64,000 nt of DNA from an uncultured Acidobacteriota bacterium (lineage in GTDB: Bacteria; Acidobacteriota; Thermoanaerobaculia; UBA5066), in the NCBI GenBank assembly GCA_963779415.1, contig CAVZYA010000001.1, positions 128,001-192,000 of the forward strand. Direction: 5' to 3'. Both the position numbers and the translations under genes were made by a program. Within the stretch, counting starts at the first letter, position 1. Each line of letters begins with the position of its first letter. The notes below the pieces were generated by a model. It made no database searches. It was given only the letters and a program-made list of their open reading frames with translations, and was not told the DNA's origin. This document shows positions 44,057-51,238 of this stretch, piece after piece.

Positions 44057-44823
44057 CGCCGCCGCCGGATCATCTCCGCCACCACCGCGACGGCGATCTC
44101 CTCGGGGGACTCGGCCCCGATGTCGAGGCCGATCGGCGTCGAGATCCGTGCGAACTCCTCGTCGCGCCACCCTTCGGCGCGGAGCTCGTCGAAGAGCGCC
44201 TTCCGCTTCGCCCGGCTCCCCATCATCCCGAGATACGCGACCGGGGCGCCGCGCAGGCGCCGGAGGGCGAGGCCGTCCGTGACGTGCCCGCGCGTCATGA
44301 CGGCGACGCAGTCCGTCGGCGCCGGGGGCGGAAGGTCGGCGTAGTCGTCGGCGACCTTCACGAGTCGCGTCCCTGCGGGAAAGGCGGACGGATCGAGCTG
44401 CTCGGCACGCTCGTCGCAGACGGTCACGTCGTAGCCGGTGATCGCCGCGGCCCGCGCGAGAGCGCGTCCGCAGTGGCCCGCGCCGACGACGAGGAGCCGC
44501 GCCGCCCTCTCGACGATCTCCAGCATCACGGTCGCGCGGCCGCCGCAGACGGCGCCGAAGGAGTTCTCTCCCTCGGGAAGGAAGACGTACTCCTTCGTGA
44601 ACGGGAGGCCCCCCTTCGCGAGGAGCGCTCCCGCGTCCGCGACGACGAGCGACTCGAACTTCCCGCCTCCGATCGTCCCGTGCGTCGTTCCGTCCGGAAG
44701 GACGAGCATCCGTGCGGCGGCTTCGCGCGGCGTCGATCCGACCGCGGAGACGACCGTCGCCATCGCGAGGCGGGGATGCCGCTCCAGAATCGTGGCGAGG
44801 TCCCGGAAGAACTGCGAACTCAT
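44029..44823 (-). CDS. xdhC: XdhC/CoxI-family molybdenum cofactor insertion chaperone
   Basis: Motifs GSTPR, GTIGGG, CGG, GAGHCG, YLGMMGSR, PIGLDIGAESPEEIA. Confidence 0.92.
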   Translation of the reverse strand: MSSQFFRDLATILERHPRLAMATVVSAVGSTPREAAARMLVLPDGTTHGTIGGGKFESLVVADAGALLAKGGLPFTKEYVFLPEGENSFGAVCGGRATVMLEIVERAARLLVVGAGHCGRALARAAAITGYDVTVCDERAEQLDPSAFPAGTRLVKVADDYADLPPPAPTDCVAVMTRGHVTDGLALRRLRGAPVAYLGMMGSRAKRKALFDELRAEGWRDEEFARISTPIGLDIGAESPEEIAVAVVAEMIRRRRQDRAGTSA

Positions 44824-44832
44824 TTCAGGTCG

Positions 44833-45468
44833 TCACGTTGACTTGCTTGGAAGTGGGAGAGGAGAAGAGCGGAGATCCGTCGGCCGATCCACGTCGCGGA
44901 GGACTCCGTCGTCGAAGCCCTCGAGATGCAGGACCGAGAGATCGGGCTCATTGAAGAGGTCGGAGAGACGCCGGTCGTCTGGCCACGAGAGGATTCTCGG
45001 GACGAGCGCGGTGGAGAACACCAGCGGATGCCCGCGCCCGCCCGCATGTGTGGGGACAGCCAGGGTTCGCTCGTCGAGCGAGCCCGCCGCAGCGAGGACG
45101 ACCCTGAGAGACTCCTTGCTCAGAAAGGGAAGATCGGCGGGGGAGATGGCGACGTGCGTCGAGCGGGCGGCGGCCGCGAGCGCGGCGAGGCCCGCTTTCA
45201 CCGAAGTGAACATTCCATCCTGCCACTTCGGATTCTCGACGCACCGGACCTTCTCTGAGAGGTCTTCTATTACCTTTCTAAGAAGATCTTGCAGGCCATC
45301 GCCTTCGCCCGAAGGCAGCACGACGAGGACCTCGTCGAGTCCGGCGGAGCAGAAGGTCCTCGTCACTCGCCGGAGAACCGGCTCGCCGTCTATCTCCGCG
45401 AGCATCTTCGGCGAGCCGAAGCGCGAGGAGGCGCCTGCCGCGAGGAGGAGCCCGGAGACGAAGCTAAT
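44833..45468 (-). CDS. mocA: Molybdenum cofactor cytidylyltransferase (MocA-like); probable ATT start at 45468
   Basis: The conserved LLAAGASSRFGSPK lies upstream of the first ATG (45405); further motifs NPKWQDGMFTS, DLP, GHP, DVD. Confidence 0.82.
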   Translation of the reverse strand: MSFVSGLLLAAGASSRFGSPKMLAEIDGEPVLRRVTRTFCSAGLDEVLVVLPSGEGDGLQDLLRKVIEDLSEKVRCVENPKWQDGMFTSVKAGLAALAAAARSTHVAISPADLPFLSKESLRVVLAAAGSLDERTLAVPTHAGGRGHPLVFSTALVPRILSWPDDRRLSDLFNEPDLSVLHLEGFDDGVLRDVDRPTDLRSSPLPLPSKST

Positions 45469-45709
45469 CCGCCGCCTCGTAGCAGCCGCGCGGGCTGCGG
45501 CAGTCGGCGAGGTGGCAGGGCCTTTCGTCCGGCCCCACGGACCCCATCGTCTTCAGGCACCAGTAGGACGCGCTCGCCGTCGGATGTTCGGCGGCGTGCG
45601 TCTCCCAGTCGGAGGTGACGTGCATCATCTTCGTCCGGATCTGGCGGCAGCGCGATTCGGGATCCGGCGAGACGTCGCTCCAGGCGGCGGGAAGTTCGGG
45701 AGCGTTCAT
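45464..45709 (-). CDS. Small Cys-rich hypothetical protein within the molybdoenzyme operon
   Basis: 81 aa with an ATGA overlap upstream; C...YWC..TM...GPD...C....C.....C pattern. Confidence 0.7.
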   Translation of the reverse strand: MNAPELPAAWSDVSPDPESRCRQIRTKMMHVTSDWETHAAEHPTASASYWCLKTMGSVGPDERPCHLADCRSPRGCYEAAD

Positions 45710-46716
45710 GCGTCGGGGGCCCTTTCGGTTCCGTCGGGGAGGCCGGCAGCGGCGAGGAGCGTTCGCCGGACCATCGCCGAGATGAGGGGGACCTTGTAGG
45801 CGTTCTCCGCGAGCGGCGTCGCTCCGTCGACGGCGGCCTTCGCGGCCGCGGCGGCCAGCGCGGCGTCGAGGGTCTTTCCTTCGACGAGGGCCTCGGCCTT
45901 CTTCGCCCGGAACGGGACCGGCGCGGCCGAGCCGAGGACGATCCGGACATCACGTGCCTTGCCCCCGTCGGGACGCCAGGCGACGGCGACGTCGGCGAGC
46001 GGCCAGTCGAAGGACTGCTTCTGCTTCAGCTTCCGGTAGGCCGAGACGAGACCGGCCGCCTTCGGGATCGAGACCTCGACGATCAGCTCGGAGGCCGTGA
46101 GGACGTTCTCGGCCCCGAGGTCGTCCTCGGGACGGACGAAGAAGGAGGCGATCGGAATCGACCGTGGGCCCGAAGGCGAGATCGTCTCGATCGTGGCACC
46201 GTATGCGAGGAGGGCGACGCCGGCGGCGGAGGGGTGGACGATCGCGCAGGTCGTGTTGCCGAAGACGGCGTGATAGACGTTCTCTCCCTTCTGGGCGAAG
46301 CACTCTCCGCCTCCCTTTTTCAGGCACTGGAAGTCGGCGGAGCGGAAATACCAGCAGCGCGGCCGCTGGCAGAGGTTCCCCGCGAGGGTGGCCGCATTCC
46401 GGATCTGAGGGGTGGCCGCCCCCTCGCAGGCCTCGGCGAGGGCGGGGAACTCCGTCCGGATGCCTTCGGCGACCTCACGGAGGGTGACGAGAGCGCCTAT
46501 CCGGACCTCACCGCCGTCGCGGCGGACCGTCCGGTGCTCCGCGAGGCGCCGGAGGTCGACGACCCGGTCGGGCGCGGCCGTCCGTTCCTTCAGGCGCTCG
46601 ACGATGTCGATTCCGGCCCCTTTCGCCTCGGCCGCGACGTGCGCCTTGCGCGCCGCCTCGAGGGCGAGGAGGGCGTCGTTCCAGTCCCGGGGCTGGACTC
46701 TCTCGAAGCTCTTCAT
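45706..46716 (-). CDS. paoB: Xanthine dehydrogenase-family FAD subunit (PaoB/YagS-like, with 4Fe-4S insert)
   Basis: ATPQIRNAATLAGNLCQRPRCWYFR...CLKKGGGEC, HPS, ENAYKV. Confidence 0.88.
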   Translation of the reverse strand: MKSFERVQPRDWNDALLALEAARKAHVAAEAKGAGIDIVERLKERTAAPDRVVDLRRLAEHRTVRRDGGEVRIGALVTLREVAEGIRTEFPALAEACEGAATPQIRNAATLAGNLCQRPRCWYFRSADFQCLKKGGGECFAQKGENVYHAVFGNTTCAIVHPSAAGVALLAYGATIETISPSGPRSIPIASFFVRPEDDLGAENVLTASELIVEVSIPKAAGLVSAYRKLKQKQSFDWPLADVAVAWRPDGGKARDVRIVLGSAAPVPFRAKKAEALVEGKTLDAALAAAAAKAAVDGATPLAENAYKVPLISAMVRRTLLAAAGLPDGTERAPDA

Positions 46717-49046
46717 GACCGCGCCCCCTTTTCCGGGGCGAGGCTTCCCGCGCGCGCGGAGTTCACGGCGGCCAGCACGCGGGCCGGCGTCAGCGGGATC
46801 TCCGTGACCCGGATCCCGAGCGCGTGCGAGACGGCGTTGGCGACGGCGGCCGACGTGGGGATCGTCGCCGGCTCGCCGATGCCGCGGGTATGGGTGTTGT
46901 TCCTTCCGGCGTAGAGCTCCATCAGGATCGGAACGATCTCGGGAGCGTCCTTCACGCCGAGAATCTTGTAGCTCTCGAGGTTCGGGTTCATCACGCGCCC
47001 GCTCCGCCGGTCGATGTGCCGCTCTTCGAAGAGGGCGAAGCTGATTCCCTGAAGAATGCCGCCCCGGATCTGCCCCTCGGCGCCCGTCCGCCAGACGGGG
47101 AGGCCGCAGTCGTGGACGGCGACGACCTTCTCGACCGAGACGAGGCCGGTCTCCGTATCGACGACGACATCGGCGAACTGGACCCCGAAAATGCGCGAAT
47201 CGGTCCCGTCGTAATCCTTCGCGCGGTCCCCGGTGGCGACGAGGACGTCTCCCGGGAGCCTCGCGCAGACGCTCTTCCACGGGACGCTCTTCCCGCCCGC
47301 GAGGAAGACCCCTTCGCCGACGGTGACGGATCCTTCCGGGGCGCCGAGAAGCGGGGCCGCGATCGCCACAAGCTTCCGTGCCGCGTTCCATGCGGCGGCG
47401 CGGACGGCGGGGATCAGGGAGACGGTCGTGGTGGAGCCGCCCGAGGCCGGACCGAAGGGATAGGCCGTCGAACCCCACTTGACGCGGATCGCCCCGGGGG
47501 CGAGACCCAGCTCCTCGGCCACCGTCACCGCGATCGTCGTCGGATTGCCGCAGCCGATCTCCTGGACGCCGTTCTCCGCTTCGACGCTTCCGTCTCGATG
47601 GACGCGGACATGGACCTGCGAGCCGGGGCTGACGATGTTGTACCAGACCGATGCGGCGCATCCGAGGCCGCGCCGGAGGGGAAGCCCCTTCGCCTCCGCC
47701 TCGCGGTTCCTCTCCGTCAGGGCGGCGCGGCGCTCCCAGCGGATCTCCTTCGCGCCGCGCTCCCACTCCGCGCGGCGGATGTCGACCGGGTCGTTGGCGA
47801 GGCGGACGGCGAGGGGATCCATCTTCAGCCGGGCGGCGATCTCGTCGAGAACGGCCTCGACGGCAAGGGTTCCCTGCGGGTGGCCGGGGGCGCGCATCGC
47901 GCAGCCAGGGCCGAGGTTGGTGAAGACGTCGAACTCCTCGACGGCCACGTTGGGGAAGGCGTAGGAGTTCTTGACGACGGAGCCCGTCCCGGCTCCCGTC
48001 GCGACTCCCGCCGTACCGAACGAGGCGTACGAGAACGCCGTGACGGTGCCGTCCTTCCGGTAGGCCGCCTTCATCCGGTTGAGCGAATCGGGGCGGTTTC
48101 CGGCTGCGAGCTGGTCTTCCTTCCGGTCGAGGACGAGTCGCACGGGCTTTCCGGCCTTCCTGGCGAGCTTCGCGGCGAGGACGCCGTGGTCGCCGGCGCC
48201 GAACTTCGACCCGAATCCCCCGCCGACGTACTCGGCGGTGACGTGGACCTTGTCCTTCGAAAGGCCGAACACCTGCGCCAGCTCGTCCCGGACCGAGAAG
48301 ACCCCCTGGGTGGAGGCGACGACGAAGAGCTCCCCCTCCTTCCACTCGGCGAACGAGGAATGCGTCTCCATGCAGGCGTGGGTCTGGACCTGCGTCCGGA
48401 AGGAGAGCTCGACCACCCCGTCCGCCTCGACGAAGAGCTTCGCGAGATCCTTCTCGCCGCGTCCCGAGGCCCGGGGCCCGCGGATGTTTCCGGTCTGCGC
48501 GACGGCGCCGCTTCCCCCCGGCGCGTCGCCGGCCGTCCGGTGCTCCTCGACCGGCTTTTCGAAGACGAGGGGCGCGTCCGGCTTCATCGCCTCCTCGAGA
48601 GTGACGACGTGGGGGAGGACGTCGTACTTCACGACGACGGCGTGGAGGGCGTCTTCGGCCGCGGCCGCCGAGGGGGCCGCGAGCGCGAGAACCGGGTCGC
48701 CCTGATAACGGACTTCCTTCTTTTCGAGAAGCTCGAAGACGACGCCGGGCATCCTCGCGAGGGCCGATGTGTCGACGGAGAGGATCCGGGCGTGAGCGTG
48801 GGGCGACCGGAGAATCCGGCCGTAGAGGAGGTCCGTCCGACGGACGTCGTGGGTGTAGACGGCGCGGCCGGTCGCCTTGAAGCGGCCGTCGAGGCGCGGC
48901 TGGCGGCCGCCGAAGACACGCCGAGGCGTCCCCTCGGCGAGCGGCGGCGGATCCCCGGCCGGAATCTCGACCTCCTTCTCGACGGTCTTCCCGGCGAGGC
49001 CGATGCGGATCTTCGTCTTCGGGGCGCTCGCCGTCGGCTCAGGCAT
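46713..49046 (-). CDS. paoC: Xanthine dehydrogenase-family molybdopterin-binding subunit (PaoC/YagR-like)
   Basis: Motifs KATGRAVY, RSPHAHA, GGGFGSK, MRAPG, GIGEP. Confidence 0.9.
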   Translation of the reverse strand: MPEPTASAPKTKIRIGLAGKTVEKEVEIPAGDPPPLAEGTPRRVFGGRQPRLDGRFKATGRAVYTHDVRRTDLLYGRILRSPHAHARILSVDTSALARMPGVVFELLEKKEVRYQGDPVLALAAPSAAAAEDALHAVVVKYDVLPHVVTLEEAMKPDAPLVFEKPVEEHRTAGDAPGGSGAVAQTGNIRGPRASGRGEKDLAKLFVEADGVVELSFRTQVQTHACMETHSSFAEWKEGELFVVASTQGVFSVRDELAQVFGLSKDKVHVTAEYVGGGFGSKFGAGDHGVLAAKLARKAGKPVRLVLDRKEDQLAAGNRPDSLNRMKAAYRKDGTVTAFSYASFGTAGVATGAGTGSVVKNSYAFPNVAVEEFDVFTNLGPGCAMRAPGHPQGTLAVEAVLDEIAARLKMDPLAVRLANDPVDIRRAEWERGAKEIRWERRAALTERNREAEAKGLPLRRGLGCAASVWYNIVSPGSQVHVRVHRDGSVEAENGVQEIGCGNPTTIAVTVAEELGLAPGAIRVKWGSTAYPFGPASGGSTTTVSLIPAVRAAAWNAARKLVAIAAPLLGAPEGSVTVGEGVFLAGGKSVPWKSVCARLPGDVLVATGDRAKDYDGTDSRIFGVQFADVVVDTETGLVSVEKVVAVHDCGLPVWRTGAEGQIRGGILQGISFALFEERHIDRRSGRVMNPNLESYKILGVKDAPEIVPILMELYAGRNNTHTRGIGEPATIPTSAAVANAVSHALGIRVTEIPLTPARVLAAVNSARAGSLAPEKGARS

Positions 49047-49629
49047 GGCGGCCTCCCTTGCGGGCGCTCTCGCACGCGGCGACGATCTCGTTGTAGGCGC
49101 CGCACCGGCAGAGGTTGCCCGCCATGCCGATCCGGATCTCGGCGGGGGTCGGGTCGGGATTCCGCCTCAGGAGCCCTTCCGCCGCCACGACCATTCCCGG
49201 CGTGCAGAAGCCGCACTGAAGCCCGTCGGCGTCGATGAAAGCCTGCTGGAGGGGCGAGAGCGCGTCCGGAGAGCCGAGCCCCTCGATCGTCGTCACGCTC
49301 CGTCCGTCGGCGTCGTGGACGAGCGTGAGGCACGAGTTCACCGCGAGGCCGTCGAGCAGGACCGTGCAGGCCCCGCAGGCGCCCCGGTCGCACCCGATCT
49401 TCGTCCCCGTGAGTCCCCATGCCTCCCGGAGAGCCTCGGCGAGCGTCGTCCGCGCCTCGAAGACGCCCTGCCGGGGCGTCCCGTTCACGTTCACGGTCAC
49501 CATCCCGTCCGCGGGGCGTTTCCGCTCCCCGGCGAGGGCGGTGGCGCCGGAGGCCGCTCCCGCGACCGCGGTCGTGGCGATCCCCTTCAGGAGACCGCGC
49601 CGTGTCACGCCTTTTCCGTTGTCGGTCAT
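49039..49629 (-). CDS. paoA: 2Fe-2S subunit with Tat signal peptide (PaoA/YagT-like)
   Basis: Twin-arginine motif TRRGLLK; GTKIGCDRGACGACTV, QCGFCTPG, GNLCRC. Confidence 0.9.
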   Translation of the reverse strand: MTDNGKGVTRRGLLKGIATTAVAGAASGATALAGERKRPADGMVTVNVNGTPRQGVFEARTTLAEALREAWGLTGTKIGCDRGACGACTVLLDGLAVNSCLTLVHDADGRSVTTIEGLGSPDALSPLQQAFIDADGLQCGFCTPGMVVAAEGLLRRNPDPTPAEIRIGMAGNLCRCGAYNEIVAACESARKGGRHA

Positions 49630-49675
49630 CTCCACCTCCCCCGGGCGCAAAACTATACCGCCGGGCGGCTTTTCG

Positions 49676-49705
49676 TTGACCTCGGCGAGGCCGACGACCT
49701 ATTCT
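49676..49705 (+). promoter_or_regulatory. Sigma70-type promoter for pilT
   Basis: TTGACC-18 nt-TATTCT, with GAGG before ATG 49722. Confidence 0.5.
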
Positions 49706-49721
49706 GAGATCGAGGCACGGC

Positions 49722-50894
49722 ATGCACATCAACGATCTCCTGAAGATCGCGGTCGAGAGGAAGGCCTCGGACCTTCATCTGAAGGTCGGTGCGCATCCCA
49801 TCCTCCGGGTGGACGGCGAGTTGATCCCGCTCGTCGACCTGAAGCGCCTCATGCAGGAGGACACGATCGCGATGGCGTTCTCGATCATGTCCTCCCGCCA
49901 GAAGGAGAAGTTCAAGAACAACTACGAGATCGACATCGCCTACTCCGTTCCGGGGCTGGGGCGGTTCCGCTGCAACATCTTCCAGCAGCGGGGAACGGTC
50001 GGTCTCGTCTGCCGGGTCATTCCGGCCCGCATCCTCGCGATCCGCGAGCTTCTCCTGCCGCCGGTCATCGAGAAGATCTGCGAGGAGACGCGCGGGCTCG
50101 TCCTCGTGACGGGGACGACCGGGTCGGGCAAGTCGACGACGCTGGCCGCGATGATCGACTACATCAACGCGACCCGCTCCGAGCACATCATGACGATCGA
50201 GGACCCGGTCGAGTTCCTCCACCGGGACAAGAAGTCGATCGTCAACCAGCGCGAGCTGGAGGTGGACACGCGCTCCTTCGCGGCGGCCATCCGGTCGGCG
50301 CTCCGCCAGGACCCCGACGTCATCCTCGTCGGCGAAATGCGCGACTTCGAGACGGTGGAGACGGCCCTCCTCTCGGCCGAGACCGGCCACCTCGTCATGT
50401 CGACCCTCCATACCGTCGACGCGACGGAGACCGTCAACCGGATCATCTCGGTCTTCCCGCCGCACCAGCAGAAGCAGATCCGCCTTCAGCTCGCGGCCGT
50501 GATCAAGGCGGTCATCTCGATGCGCCTTCTCCCTCGCTCGGACGGCCTCGGGCGCGTCCCGGCCGTCGAGGTGATGGTCGCGACGAACTACATCCGGGAC
50601 TGCATCGAGAACAAGGAGAAGACGAAGTACATCCACGACGCGATCAAGGCCGGCACGTCCCAGTACGGGATGCAGACCTTCGACCAGTCGCTCTACCAGC
50701 TCTACAAGAGCGGGCTCATCACCCTCGAGGAGGCGATGCGCCGGTCGACGAACCCGAACGAGTTCCGCCTGAGGATCCAGGGGATCCAGTCCACCTCGGA
50801 CGTCTCGACCGAGATGATGGAGGGCTCGCTGGACGCGCCGGAGACGCGCTCCGAGGCGGACTCGCCCTTCGACTTCTCGAACCAGACGGGGTGA
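49722..50894 (+). CDS. pilT: Type IV pilus retraction ATPase PilT
   Basis: Motifs ASDLHL, GTTGSGKSTT, TIEDPVE, ALRQDPDVILVGEMRD, AETGHLV, GMQTFDQ. Confidence 0.95.
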   Translation: MHINDLLKIAVERKASDLHLKVGAHPILRVDGELIPLVDLKRLMQEDTIAMAFSIMSSRQKEKFKNNYEIDIAYSVPGLGRFRCNIFQQRGTVGLVCRVIPARILAIRELLLPPVIEKICEETRGLVLVTGTTGSGKSTTLAAMIDYINATRSEHIMTIEDPVEFLHRDKKSIVNQRELEVDTRSFAAAIRSALRQDPDVILVGEMRDFETVETALLSAETGHLVMSTLHTVDATETVNRIISVFPPHQQKQIRLQLAAVIKAVISMRLLPRSDGLGRVPAVEVMVATNYIRDCIENKEKTKYIHDAIKAGTSQYGMQTFDQSLYQLYKSGLITLEEAMRRSTNPNEFRLRIQGIQSTSDVSTEMMEGSLDAPETRSEADSPFDFSNQTG

Positions 50895-51238
50895 GCCTCC
50901 GCGCCCGCGAGACCGCGCTCGCGCTCCTCTCGCGACGCGCGTACACCGGGGCGGCGCTCGCCCGGGCGCTCGTCGCGCGGGGCATCCGGGAGTCCGAGGC
51001 GGCCGCCGTCATCGCGGAGTTCGAGGCGAAGCGGTACCTCGACGACGAGGCCGAAGCGCTGGAGCGCGCGCTGGCGCGGAAGGTGCGGGCGCTCCCTCCC
51101 GGATTGACGCCGGAGGCGCGGTCGAAGAAACTCTTCGCCCACCTCGTGCGGCGCGGCTTCGCTCCCGGCGCCGTGATCGAGGCGCTCCACCGGAAAGGCG
51201 AGGCCACAGATGACGACTTCCCGGGCGTGGACGTCTAG
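50891..51238 (+). CDS. recX: Regulatory protein RecX (short, 115 aa)
   Basis: Motifs ALALLSRRAYT, YLDD, LFAHLVRRGF; lies immediately before alaS. Confidence 0.75.
   Translation: MSLRARETALALLSRRAYTGAALARALVARGIRESEAAAVIAEFEAKRYLDDEAEALERALARKVRALPPGLTPEARSKKLFAHLVRRGFAPGAVIEALHRKGEATDDDFPGVDV

Noticed and set aside
49235-51238. 667-aa ORF overlapping pilT
   Set aside because: Only the last 115 codons (recX, from GTG 50891) look coding; the rest is an off-frame shadow.
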